63,743 nt of DNA from positions 6,155,517 through 6,219,259 of the forward strand of contig JBOZIK010000001.1 in NCBI GenBank assembly GCA_051453625.1. Direction: 5' to 3'. The first letter of the stretch is position 1. Each line of letters opens with the position of its first letter. The notes under the pieces are model-generated. The model was not told the origin of the DNA. It saw only the letters and a program-made list of their open reading frames with translations, and did no database searches. Source of the DNA: Welwitschia mirabilis (taxonomy: Eukaryota). The translations under genes and the position numbers were made by a program. Below are positions 40,390 through 53,108 of this stretch, one piece after another.

Positions 40390-40806
40390 TTGATCTCAGC
40401 AAGTTGATTTCAAACAAAGGTTCATCTCACTCCATACTTTAAAATAAGCATATCAAACAAAACTTCAAAATTTCTTAAAATAAATCCTATTGGAAAGGTG
40501 AGAGGTTTTACTTTTACTATTCTAGTTCGGTTGCCTTTGTATGAAGCACAACATTTTACAAATTTATTCTTTATTTGTGATGTCGGTTCTAGTTCGGGAA
40601 ACCCCTAATGGTCCAATTCCTGAAAGCAATGCAATAGCTCACCTTGGTAAAGATCATATCGCTATACATTCTAGTTGTTTTTAAACAATATTTGCGTTTT
40701 CTAATTGATTCTATTTAGTAAAAATTTGTTAAACAACAACTCTTATTTTATAGTTGCATAACTGAAGGGGGATACTAATCTATTCAGATCATCACTTATT
40801 GATTAT
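40390..40806 (+). pseudogene. EEF1G: Captured fragment of host eEF1B-gamma (elongation factor 1-gamma, GST-like N-domain): exons about 40390-40497, 40586-40646, 40754-40806
   Basis: KVHLTPYFKISISNKTSKFLKINPIGK|VLVRETPNGPIPESNAIAHL|VA*LKGDTNLFRSSLIDY| versus plant eEF1Bg MGVSNKTPEFLKMNPIGK VPVLETPDGPIFESNAIARYV ARLK..N.L.GSSLIDY (recalled). GT donors at 40498, 40647, 40807; phases consistent. Confidence 0.88.
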
Positions 40807-41514
40807 GTGAGTGTTAATGTCACTGTGTAATTTCTTTTAACTAATTCAAAGAATTTATTTATTTGAATCTATGTTTTTAATGAGGGAATATGGAATCCTT
40901 AGATATCATCGTACATCCTTTATGTGTGGATTTTATTCTATGTGTTTTTGGTTAATTTAACAATCTTTTCTATATATTCACTAGTTTGGGTCATTCATGC
41001 TAGTTGATTAATTTCTATTTTGGTAATGCATTTTTGCAGTCTTGAAGGATTTATTAAGTTTTATTTTACATTTTTAATAACAAAATAGAAATCCCTTAGA
41101 CATCATTATAAATATTTTACATGTTAATTATTTGAGTTATATCATTAATATTTCACTTTTGGTTTTGCATCATATTTTTTTTCCTTTAATAGTCTTCTCC
41201 ACATATTTATTGGTCTAGGTTATCCATTTTAATTAATTAATTTGCATTCTTCTAATGTATTTCTTGCATCTCTTCATCAGTTACAAAAGGGGAGGTAAAG
41301 CTACATGATAGTATATTATGGATCATGTTCTTATCTAATCACATCAATTAGCATATTCCATACTTCCACACTCTATTACAGAAATCTCCTTGATTGGATT
41401 TTATGTTAACCAAGGTCACCTTTTAGTGAAATTTGTGAGTTTTTATGTCTACTTTTAGCAGTAATTGAAATAACATAACAAAATCTTTTTTTTGGTATTT
41501 TTTCCTCCAAGTAA

Positions 41515-41890
41515 TACCTTTTGAGGTGTTTATTTCATAAAATGCCATAAAAGGATTTTCAAGGCATTTATCTACTAAAATGCCTTAAAAGCCCCTTTGG
41601 GATGTTTTTATTAAATAAATGCCTTAAAAGCTATTTTGAGGCATTTTATTACGTGAACGCCTCAAAAGCCCTATTAAGGCATTTATCTAGTAAAACACCT
41701 CAAAAGGACTTTTAAGGCAATGACTCAGAAAATGTGTTAAAAGATGTTTTAATGAGTGTTTATTTAAATGCCTTAGAAATGTCTTAATTTAAGATGAGTC
41801 TTTGTAAAGCGTTTTGTGAAAAAATGCCTTAAAATATTTTAAGGTGTTTTTAGTGCCTTTTAAGGCATTTTAGAAATGCCTTAAAAGTCG
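41515..41890. repeat. CACTA 3' subterminal repeat array
   Basis: Same aaggcattt / aatgccttaaaa motif family, dense, ending at the TIR. Confidence 0.88.
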
Positions 41891-41905
41891 ATACTTGTTG
41901 TAGTG

Positions 41906-43500
41906 TCATAAGAACATGAAGAGGGAATATTACATGTTGAGTAACATGACAATTACATTCTCATCAGGTAAGAAGAAGCAACCTTAAGTTAAAACTTGTT
42001 ATAGAAGATTTCTTCTTAGAACTCTAAGAAGATCTAATATTGTTTCCAACTTTTTATCAATACTTCCATTATTAGATAACAATTCAACTAAATAAAGTCC
42101 TTGGGTGATTCAACATTCTAAGACCATGGGAAGAAAGCATCTATTTCTGGTACTAGAATGAGCACATTTCCTTGATTCTCTGGTTTTATGGATAATAATG
42201 ATAATTGCAAAATTCAAAGATTCTAACAAACTCTTCTATGCCATAAAAATATCATGTCTAGTACTAGGATTAACACAAACTAAACTTGTAATTCTATGAT
42301 CAATGGTGAGATTTTGAAAGAGGAGACAATAGCTAAAGTTTCAAAATTTTTAAAAACAACCTCATACCACATATCATGAAAACCTAATCAGCGAGGCTTG
42401 TGTGTGAGGTCAAATAATGTATAATAATGAAAGGTTGCAAGTTGTTTTAATGACTGTATCTTGCATGAGTGACAATTTCTAATTTTTGGTTATTTTAGGA
42501 ATTACAAGATCAAATAATCTAAAGCAGGAAACATTAAGGTTCTTTCAATGGTCATATCTTGCGTGAGTGACAATCTTTGATTTTTGCTTATTTTAGGGAT
42601 TAATAGTTTAATAATGAAAACCTGAAGAATGAAATACATATTACTAATTTATGGACAACAATCACAAGTAAAATCTTAATTAGAAGGATTTCTTCCTTGT
42701 TAGGTGAAAGAATTTATAATCTTCCATTCAACACACCAACAAAGAAATAACAACTCATACCTCAGTTTTCCTCAAGTAACTAACCTTTTAAAATCTAATA
42801 AAATCTACATCAACACCATCTAGCTACTAGATGATGATAATTAAGATCTAATGACTCATTTGTGGGATCTTAAGAAAGGGGCCCAATGCAAAAATTTCCT
42901 CTTGCATGTACATGGAAATAATAAAGAAGGTACAGTTCTAAGAGAAAAATAGAAAGGTTGTAACTTGTAACAAGAGTAGTTTTTAGGGGCATATGTTCTC
43001 CAACCAGATTTCTACAAATATCATGTTCTTAAGTAGTATCAAACATTCAAATTTAAGAGGAATGGTCTTTAGCATAGTCATCACTTTGAATAAAAGAAAA
43101 TATCCTAGAAAGAGAGTGTATATACTAATGGCCATAATAAAGATACATGTAAAAATTATTTAAAAGGATCATTTCACTTAAAATATGTCAAAACATAGTG
43201 TTGAGGAATAAGAAAACATAACACTCTCGTAAGGAGTCCGATTTTGAAAAAGAATCTCACTCAAATTAGTAGTCATTAAGAATGGCATACAAATGGGATG
43301 GGATTGGGAACTCTATCTAAAAATATCAAAAACTCACATGATACATGTAGTTTAAATGAAACATGAGAAATATATGGAATTTCTTCATTTTCAAATCAAA
43401 ATTTACATTGACAGCATTACATGTTTCATTTATCATATAAGAAGCAAAATATATTCACAGCTAGAATAGGAGAAGTAATAACCCCAGATCACCATGCATT
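41906..43500 (-). mobile_element. Degenerate Copia remnant (RNase H/RT and integrase traces)
   Basis: S*SSKKKSSITS (SWSSKKQ-like, about 42000-42030), STRHDI (TRPDI-like, about 42250), IQSDDYAK (about 43070-43095). 41906-42656 is repeated at about 48000-48698. Confidence 0.55.
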
Positions 43501-43962
43501 AAAGAAAATAACTTTGTCAATTAATTTTTATAGCTATTTCAAAGAGTTGACATATTAACAGCTTACAGCCCAAGCATAAAATTATGGTATGCATTATAAA
43601 TTTTAAAACTTTAGATCTTGAACTATGTTGTGCATTTCTTGTGTTTAAGGAAAAGTACATTGTGTGTCTAACACCCTATTTTATGTGATTTTATTTGCAT
43701 AATATTTTGAGAAAATAATTGAAGAAATTCACCCATTCCAAAAGCCATAATTTCTTTTTGTGTATTCTAGCATGCCTCTCTGTTGTCTATCTATGTATCA
43801 AAATTATTCTAACTAAAAATTAAGATTTTTTTATCTATCTTTTAAATTGTAGAGAGATGTCATAATATCAAAACTTAGTTTAAATTTTACAAATTAATAT
43901 CGCATTAAATGGAATAATAACATGGAAAATATATCATGACAATGATTCACTCAAACTTCAAA

Positions 43963-45474
43963 TGTAAGGAATGGCTCAAGGGGGTACACCATTTGATGCT
44001 CTACCCACAAGATCGCTCACAAACAAGCGGTGGTCTGCATCTATAAAACACGCTCAGGGCATGGAGATTTCTTCATCAGTGCTTCAGTGCTGTTTCTCAA
44101 GTGTTTGGTTGCTTAACAAGTGGTATCAGAGTGCTTGTTTGATCCTGTCCTCCTGCAGCCACCATCGCTGCCCCTCCTCTTCGTGCCTGTTTTTGGTCAG
44201 AGTGTTTCATTTTAGTTGATGCTGTTCCATCGCGGTTCCACCCTAGATTCGCTTCTTTCAGTTTTCAATTATCTGCGGCATCAATCCTTACGGCCTTCGT
44301 CAACACCCTTGCTCCGCAGTTCTGCCTAAGCTTGTGCCCTTTCAGTCTTCACCGCCTTGTACGTTATCTTCTTTGCAGTGCTTAAGCGACTCTCCGCCTT
44401 ATGCTGCTCTGCTTGCCACTGCTCCTTTTGAAGCGACGGCATGCTATTTGCCTTCTCCATGCTACCCTGAGAGTTTGCCTCCACCGCGCCTCCACATTGC
44501 TCTCCTACATTTCACTGTGACTACCCTGTCAATCAGTTCATGTGCTTATAGACTACTGCCAGCTCTGTCTGCTACACTCACCATTTTCCACGGCCACCTT
44601 CCAGTGTGGCTAATCTCCATCTATGTTTGGTTTGATGCTCTTTTTCCCCCCAGTTTTCATATCGGTTTTTCATCGCGGTTCTTGCCTTTTGGTGTTTCTT
44701 TACCTATGTGACACTCCCACACCTCTGCACACCCTTCTGGTTTATGGCTTGTCCCCACCTATTCTGCCTTTTCGTGTGCTCTTTTCACACCACTGTGGCT
44801 CTGCTCCTTGTAAGTCTTCTCTATTGTAGCTTTCTTTTGGCTTAAGTTTTTTTTTTGTGATGCCCTTTCTTTGGANNNNNNNNNNNNNNNNNNNNNNNNN
44901 NNNNNNNNNNNNNNNNNNNNNNNNNNNNNNNNNNNNNNNNNNNNNNNNNNNNNNNNNNNNNNNNNNNNNNNNNNNTTAAGTTTTTTTTTCGTGATGCCCT
45001 TTCTATGGACACATCACCTTGCTACCTCCGCTCAATGCTCAACCTGTTAGCTACAGCTCGACGCTGACTCTTTAGCCTTGGCGGCTTCTAGACGATCCAC
45101 GAGTTTGTCTTCATGATTCTCTCTATGGTGGTTCTTTCTTCAGCTTCGCATCACCGTTTTGTGCATTTCTGCTATCATCGTTTTTCACAGCCCTGCGCAT
45201 TTGTTTTGTGCATTTTTTCCTAGCGCTCCATGCATTTTGCGTGACTCTTCCACCATGGCTCTTTATTTCACACGCCCATTTGAGCCACAGGGGAGATTGT
45301 AAGGGGTGGCTCAAGGGGGCACACCATTTGATTCTTAGTCCACAGGATCACTCATAAACAAGCAGAGGTCTACATCTATAAAACATGCTTAGGGCATGGA
45401 GATTTTTTCATCAGCGTTTCGGTGCTATTCATCAGTGCTCCGGCGCTGTTTCTCAAGCGTTTGGTCACTTAACA
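43963..45474 (+). mobile_element. Non-autonomous short-LTR retroelement (TRIM-like), structurally complete
   Basis: LTR1 43963-44118 and LTR2 45298-45474, both TG..CA. PBS tggtatcagag 44121-44131; PPT aggggagat 45289-45297; perfect TSD tcaaa (43958-43962 / 45475-45479). No recognisable coding domains. Confidence 0.93.
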
Positions 45475-45520
45475 TCAAAGTATGTTATCATAAAAAGTGC
45501 AAAGCCATCCATGATTTATT

Positions 45521-47664
45521 TCATGAATAGATAATTGAGTTGGATGCACAATTAGTATGTTTAAAGAAAAAAGTGGTTATCTAGCATTTTTCTTGGAGGT
45601 TACATATCTCATGTGCTACTGTCTATTTATCTTAGTTCAGGTTTCATAGATCCCTTAAAGATATGGTTCTACTTAAAAATGATTCATGTGGTTAGTATCT
45701 ACATTTTGCTTCTTCAAAGCATTTTATTACACAGAAGACTCATTATTTAGTAGAGCATCTTGTACTTGCCTAAGGGCATTTGAGTCATATGATTAATCTT
45801 CCGTTATTAAAGAAAGACTCAACATCTCTATTTTCTCATGGGAGTATGCATGAAAATTCCAAATCACTTTCAATTACTATTTTTTTTTTATTTTCTGTTT
45901 TGCTTGATGTTTTCATCTTAACAATGTTGTTGAGGGGCTGTTAATCTTGCTACTTTTCCAAATCATGCAATGATTATAAACCATTTACAGATCCACCAAA
46001 GGCATCAGTTAAAATATTACTACTAAAATTAACATTGACACAGCTTACAAGCAATGGATGGTGTTGTTTGCCTATGTATTGTTATGTTACAAGTGTGTGT
46101 AAGGATAGTATGAGTTGGCATATGAAAGCATATAGTAAGGGAAGTGTATAAACAATTGAGTAATAGGCATCTCATAGTGTAGCATCTATCAAATGAAATG
46201 ATAATATCTTTGTGAATGTTCAAAGTATCTAATCTAGTTTTTTAAGATTGTATTCTAGATGTATGAATAAAAAGCATAAACAATAATGTGTACATCTTTT
46301 CAAACTTCCTTCTTTATTTTATTCCTATATTTATTTTTATGTTTGAAAGTGGGCTATAAACTATCCATATGTTATTAAGTTACTTTATGGGATTATATTA
46401 AATATAAAACATTAATATTATTTCAAGGTTTTAATCCTAACATTGGATTTAAGTTTTAACCCTAATATGGACCTATAAATGGGATGCTTGTATTCAAGGA
46501 AATATGAGATTCACCACCTAAGTAATTATATAACTGATAGAGATAGTAATGGAAGCCTGTGTCTTTTCTTTCTCGAATAAAATAAGAGCTTTACATTGTT
46601 CCATTGACATAGAGTAGAAATATCACAACCATGTAAACTAATGCTTTTATCACTTACTAGTTTATTTTGGTCTCCACTATTTTATTATTATTATTTCTAT
46701 GTTTTTACAACAAATGGTATCATAGCATGAGGTGTACGGTTTGTTAATATAAGAAAAAGCATAGTGTAGTACCAAGCTTCAAGAATGAAAGAAGCAAGCT
46801 ATCAAGGATAGTGTATGTCTTTGTTTTCTCTGATAATATAAGAGTCTATATTCCATCAATATGGGGTAGAAATATCCTAAACCACATAAATCTTATTTTA
46901 TAAATGTTTACTGATTACTTCTTTATTTTGTTCTCTATTATTTTATTATTATTGTTGTTATGTTTTCAAAATAAATGTTGTCAAAGAATGGGTTCTAGGA
47001 TTTATTGGTGCAAAGCAAAGCATAGTGTAGCCAAGGGTACCAAGCTTGAGGAATGAAAGAAGTAAGGTGAAGGTAGGGAGCAAATACAACCTTCATGTAG
47101 AATATTTGTCTAACTTTTAGAAAATTTGTCATATGTACCAGAGACCATTGGTAAATCCTACAATAGACAGGCTTGTCAAATAAGACTATAATATCTGAAT
47201 CATCATGTTTAAGGATATTTTAAAGTAATAAGATTGTGTTGATACTTTATTAACAATCCAATATGCTAGAATGAAGAGACTATAGATGATGGATAGGCTT
47301 CTTGAATAAATTCCCTTCTTGTTCTGCCCATGTTATAAGTGGTTAGGTTATAGAATTAAAAACACCTTAAGGAATTGCATATTTAGAGTTGTGGACTCTT
47401 AGGCAATAATAAAAACTGTGTTCTAGGGTTCAGATCTAAGGTATACTCATTTGAAGATTCTCTATGCATGCTTTTAGTGCCTTATATTTTGTGCTTTAGA
47501 TCCTACTATAGGATTTATACTTATTTCCTATAGACATTTTCCTCTCCATTTGATTGCTTTACCATGTAAATTTGTAGGTGTTTTCTCCATTGTTTCATTT
47601 TTTTGGTTCTATTCTTTTATTTTTTTTATAGAAATTTCAAGATATTTAATTGTTTTCATCTTTA
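45521..47664 (-). repeat. Inverted duplicate of bystin intron sequence 1-2159
   Basis: Reverse complement matches colinearly: 47664 corresponds to position 1, and attgtgcatccaactcaatt at 2128-2147 matches about 45533-45552. Includes the segment deleted in copy B. Confidence 0.92.
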
Positions 47665-47759
47665 TTTCTTTGTTATTCAAGTTTTCACCAATTTTCAAGA
47701 GTAATAAATTAGCTAAAATATGATGTTAGATTAGATTATGATGATAGAAAAACATATTA

Positions 47760-48698
47760 ACCCATTAGTGGAATCTTAAGAAATGAGCCAAATGAGGACA
47801 TTTCCCTTAAACATATGGAAATGACATAAGATCCTATTATGTTTAGGAAATTCTAGAAAGGTTGTGAGAAAAATGCTTTAATTAGGCATCTATGTTTTCA
47901 AACTTAATTTTTAGAAGTACCTAATTTATAGAGATATCTTTTTATAGTTAGCTTTCATGACTCGTAATCAACCAATGTACTATACACTAGATAGGATCTC
48001 ACAAAAACATAAAGAAAGGATATTACATGTTTAATAACATGATAATTACATTCTCATCGAGTAAGAAGAAATAATATTAAGTTAAAACTTGTTCTAGAAT
48101 ATTTCTTCTTTGCACTCTAAGAAGATCTACTATTGTTTTCAACCTTCCATCAACTATTCAATTATTATATAATAATTCAACTAGACAAAGTCCTTGGATG
48201 ATTTAACATTCTAAGCCCATGGGAAGGAAGCATCTATTTCTAATGGTAGAATAAGGGCATTTTCTTGTACCTTTATGTTTATGATAATAATAGAAATTGC
48301 AAGGTTTAAAGATTATAACAACCTCTTCTATGTCATAAATGATAATGTCTAGCATTGGAATGAACATAAACTAAACCTATAATTTTATGGTTATTGATGA
48401 GATTTTGAAAGAGGAGATAATAGCTAAAGTTTTAAGCTTTTTAAAAACAACTCCATATCACATGTTATGAGACCTAATCAACAAGGTTTATATGTATCTT
48501 GCATGAGTGACAATCTTTGACTTTTTCTTATTTTAGGAATTATAAGATCAAACAATCTAAAGAAGAAAACTTTAGAGTTCTTTTAATGGTCATATCTTGC
48601 ATGAGTGGCAATCTTTGATTTTTTTTTTTTTAATTTCAGAATTAATAGTTCAATAATAAGAACTTGAAGAATGACAATACACACTACTATATTATGGA
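47760..48698 (-). mobile_element. Second copy of the degenerate Copia RT/RNase H remnant, interrupted at about 48699 by a SIRE LTR
   Basis: Direct repeat of 41906-42656; similarity stops at ttatgga where the SIRE LTR starts. Confidence 0.6.
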
Positions 48699-48699
48699 T

Positions 48700-51600
48700 T
48701 ATTAAGTTAATATTTATTAATTGAATGTTAAACTAACATTTTCTATTTAGTAAAACATGTTTTACCTTGTGTATAAAATATTAATCATTAAGTTTATAAT
48801 CTAGAATAATTTATTACAATTTAAACCTAAACCTATTAGTTCTTATACCCTATTGAGGGATTAACCAAATTCCTAAGAGATTGATTGAACCTAAAGCTTA
48901 CACTAAAATGAACTAAATTTAGAGGGGTTAACCAGAAACATGAGGGGTCAACTAGATATGAGCATCAAATACTTCACAGATGATCATTAAGGGGTCGATT
49001 GAACACATGAGGGTTGATTGAACTTGAGCATCTAATACTTCATAGCCGATTGTTAAGGGGTCGACCAAATTCCTGAGGGGTCGACCAGACCTAAACATCA
49101 AACTCTTGTAGCCAATCGTTAAGGGCTCGAATAGATTCCTGAGGGGTCAACCAGACCTAGAGTGATGTTTTCACCCTTTATTAATAAGGGACTGACCAGA
49201 TATTTGTGGGGTTAACTAGACCTAGAGCAAAAAATAGTGTTGCAATTTTTCCTAAATAAGGGGGTGACTGGATGAACATGTAAGTGACCAGACTAGTGGT
49301 TGACCAAATCCTAAGGAGCCAACTAGACATGTAGCTATAAGAAATAGGGGTCAACTTGAAGAACATGAGGATGACCCACTTCAATAACGACATCNNNNNN
49401 NNNNNNNNNNNNNNNNNNNNNNNNNNNNNNNNNNNNNNNNNNNNNNNNNNNNNNNNNNNNNNNNNNNNNNNNNNNNNNNNNNNNNNNNNNNNNNNNNNNN
49501 NNNNNNNNNNNNNNNNNNNNNNNNNNNNNNNNNNNNNNNNNNNNNNNNNNNNNNNNNNNNNNNNNNNNNNNNNNNNNNNNNNNNNNNNNNNNNNNNNNNN
49601 NNNNNNNNNNNNNNNNNNNNNNNNNNNNNNNNNNNNNNNNNNNNNNNNNNNNNNNNNNNNNNNNNNNNNNNNNNNNNNNNNNNNNNNNNNNNNNNNNNNN
49701 NNNNNNNNNNNNNNNNNNNNNNNNNNNNNNNNNNNNNNNNNNNNNNNNNNNNNNNNNNNNNNNNNNNNNNNNNNNNNNNNNNNNNNNNNNNNNNNNNNNN
49801 NNNNNNNNNNNNNNNNNNNNNNNNNNNNNNNNNNNNNNNNNNNNNNNNNNNNNNNNNNNNNNNNNNNNNNNNNNNNNNNNNNNNNNNNNNNNNNNNNNNN
49901 NNNNNNNNNNNNNNNNNNNNATTTCGAAGAGTTGACTGATTGTGATAGAAATAGGATTTTTCTAGCCGTTATGAACCCATTTTTTATCTATTGAAAGGTA
50001 TTTTTACTTGTAACATCCTTAAAAGACTTCTCTTGTCTATTTCTTAAGAGTTAAAATCACTAAATAATTTTTAAATAATTGTGAAATCATAGTTGTACTT
50101 ATTGGCATATTCTTTACCTGATCAAAGACAATATAAGAGCTATCATTATTATTGTGTACTTGGTCAAGTTAGTTTCACTGTATGCTTATGGATTGTACCA
50201 TCTTCTCAAGCAGGGTAGTAATACTATTCTTGAGCTAGAGATTAGATGAAACTTATGTATTTTGGCATACCATTATTACTGCTTTACACTCTTGCTAAAG
50301 GTTAAGATTAAGCCTTAGAAAAATACGATCGTAAAGGTTACAGGTGGACCTAAAATACCTAGAAAAAGATTAATGAAGATCCATATCAGGCTTGAATAAA
50401 AGCTGATCATCGAAAGTGGAGTAGGAGGTTTCCTGAACCACTATAAATCTTGTGTGCATCCTGATTAGTATTTTTATGCTTTCTGTTCTTTATTTTTTAG
50501 AATAGCTTCAGCTTTATTTGCATAAATATTTTAATGTTTATTTTAAGTAAAGATATATTTATAAATATTTAATTATTTTTTAAATCCTATTCATCTCCCC
50601 ACCCCTCCGCCCTAAACCCAAGGTTCTTGATCTTGCTTTTAGTATCGAAACTTGGTAGAGTTCATGTTAGATCCTAATAGATCTAGATTTCTAAACCATA
50701 AAAATAAGTAACTCTTCAAATGGTTTTTCCATTGGTCATCCACCCATGCTTGATGAATAAATCTATGCATATTGAAAAGCCCATATGGGGATTCTTCTTA
50801 GATCCTTAGATGCAGACATTGAAGAGGTTATTTACAATGGTTATATTATGACCACTTTGACTAAAATAGATGTTCATGAAAATACCATTATAATAGAAAA
50901 AAAAAGACTAATAAATCCTCACTGATAGATTCAAAACTATCATAGAAATCCATGCTCTTAATGCAATTTTTATGTAGTTTATGTAGATGAGTTTAAATGA
51001 ATTATAAACTATGATCATGCAAAAGAAGCTTAGTACATCCTTAAAATAGCACATGAAGAACATTCATCATTAGGTAGGCAAAACTCCAAATGCTTATTTC
51101 CAAGTTTAAAGACATTTATATGGATGACCAAGAGACACTATAGAAATTCTTTGCCAGACTTATAGACATTGTAAATTCCATGACAAGTCTAGGTAAAAGA
51201 ATGAATAAGGTAAAAGTGATTTAAAAAGTGTTGATATACCTCCAAAAAGATTTACGCCAAAAGTTACTGTAATTGAAGAAATCAAGAATATAGATCTAAT
51301 TACACTCGAGGAATTACAGAATAATTTATAAACTTATGAATTAAAATTTTCTAAAGATAAAAAGAAAGGTATTTATTTAAAATGTATGTAGGAAGAATAC
51401 AAATAAGAAAAATTAGACAAAGATCTTGATGATGATAAAGTTGCCCTACTAGCAAGGAGATTTAAAAAATTTTTACACAGAAGAAAGAAATAAGGTAAGC
51501 CAAGCAGAGGATTAAAAAGAAATCACTTCAAGTTCAGAAAAGATCAAGAAAAAGAAAAGAAGATCCAATGTTATGCTTGAAAAGGCTATGGACACAGGGA

Positions 51601-53108
51601 AAACAAGTGTTCAAACAATAAGAGAGATTATAAAAAGTTAATAACATCTTCATTCATTGCTATATGGAACAACGTAGATGAATAGGATGATAGAAGTTCT
51701 AGCCAAGAAATAAATAAAGATTAAAGTCTTTCATTCATGGCAATTTTGCGTTCATTACAGAACTTACCTTGCTCATTCAAACTAAATGATTTGGTTCTCA
51801 TTAAATAAGATCAAAATGAACTTGAAGGCATGTGTTAGAAACTTTACATGTACTATGAAAAATTGTCAAAATTCATCAATGATCTAAACAAGATTATAAA
51901 GACTCTCACTAAAGAAAAAGAGGAATTAAAAATGAAGTATAAGATGGTTAAATCTCAAAATTTTAATCTTTTTCTAAAAGTAAAGAACTTTTCACATTTT
52001 GTTAGTAAATTTTCAAGTAGTTCAACTAAATTGGAATAGATGCTTGGAATATAGAAAATAGCTCATAATAAGATAGATATTGGATTCATCTCCCAAAGGC
52101 CACAAATCAGCAAAATTAGGTAATATGACAACACAAGTTTATTTTTAAAATTACATGTCATTTTTGTAGTAAGTTAAGCCATTTCAAGTTATTTTTTAAT
52201 GCTTGAAGGTTGATGTTATTTTCAAATTTATTTAGTACCTTTATTTTTAAATTTATTCCAAGAGGAGTTATACCACATCAGTATAAAAGGACTAAGTGGG
52301 TAAAAGCTAATAATTTGAAAAATCTTTTGATTCAAATAGCTTTCAAGATTTCAAAGGGAACTAGTTGGTATTTAAATAGAACCTACTCTAGATATATGAT
52401 AGAAGACAATTCTAGATTCAAATAGCTAGATGACTTCGATAGTAAAGAAGTTACCTTCAGTGATAATGGAAGAGCCAAGATTGAAGGAATCAAAAGCATT
52501 GGTTAAGGTAACTTGCCCAAAATAAATGAAGTCTTATATGTAAATGGTTTAAAGCATAATTTACTTAGCATTAGTCAAATTTGTGATAAAGGTTATAAGG
52601 TTGTTTTCGATAATATGAAATGCAAAGTTAGAAATGACAAAATGAATGATATTATTCTTAAAGCGAATAGAATAGATAATGTCTATAGCATTAATCAATT
52701 TTTTTTGCTTATTATTTTTCTCATGTAAACCAAAAAGAGCTTTGACATAAACATTTAGATCATGAAAATTATGATCATTTAAAAATGATTATTAGAAAAG
52801 ATATTATCAGAGGAATTCCAAAAATTAATATTAAAAAACATGATCTTTGTAAAGCATGACAGAAAGGAAAATAAGGAAGAACATCATGTAAAAGTAAAAA
52901 TTAAGTTTCCATGATAATGCCTTTAGAGATTATTCATATGAACTTGGTAGGAATAGCCTAAACCCAAAGTCTAAGAGGAAAAAGATATTTTTAATGATGG
53001 CTGATAACTTCTCAAGATACGCTTGGGCTTTCTTTCTTGCTAACAAATCTAAAACATATAAACATTAGATTGAAATATGCAATAAAATTCAAAATGAAAA
53101 AGATTGTA
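48700..53108 (+). mobile_element. 5' portion of a SIRE/Maximus-type Copia element (LTR about 48700-50637, gag, protease, start of integrase)
   Basis: LTR similar to 36401-37897; degenerate PBS tagtatcgaaac about 50640. HPPMLDE*IYAY*KAHM, IQCYA*KGYGHRENKC, SWYLNRTYSRYM (WYLDSGCSRHM-like), VLYVNGLKHNLLSISQICDKG, LEIIHMNLVG. Confidence 0.9.

Larger units (their letters stand above)
22771..41905 (+). mobile_element. CACTA (En/Spm) DNA transposon, 19.1 kb, with nested insertions and captured gene fragments
   Basis: 5' CACTATAAGAAATAT at 22771; 3' ATACTTGTTGTAGTG ending 41905. 3-bp TSD tca (22768-22770 / 41906-41908). Subterminal aaggcatt/aatgccttaaaa repeats at both ends and an internal transposase pseudogene. 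Confidence 0.88.

Noticed and set aside
44334-44829. 125-aa and 68-aa ORFs in the TRIM-like interior
   Set aside because: Low-complexity pyrimidine-rich sequence with no recognisable domain; expected from local GC content.
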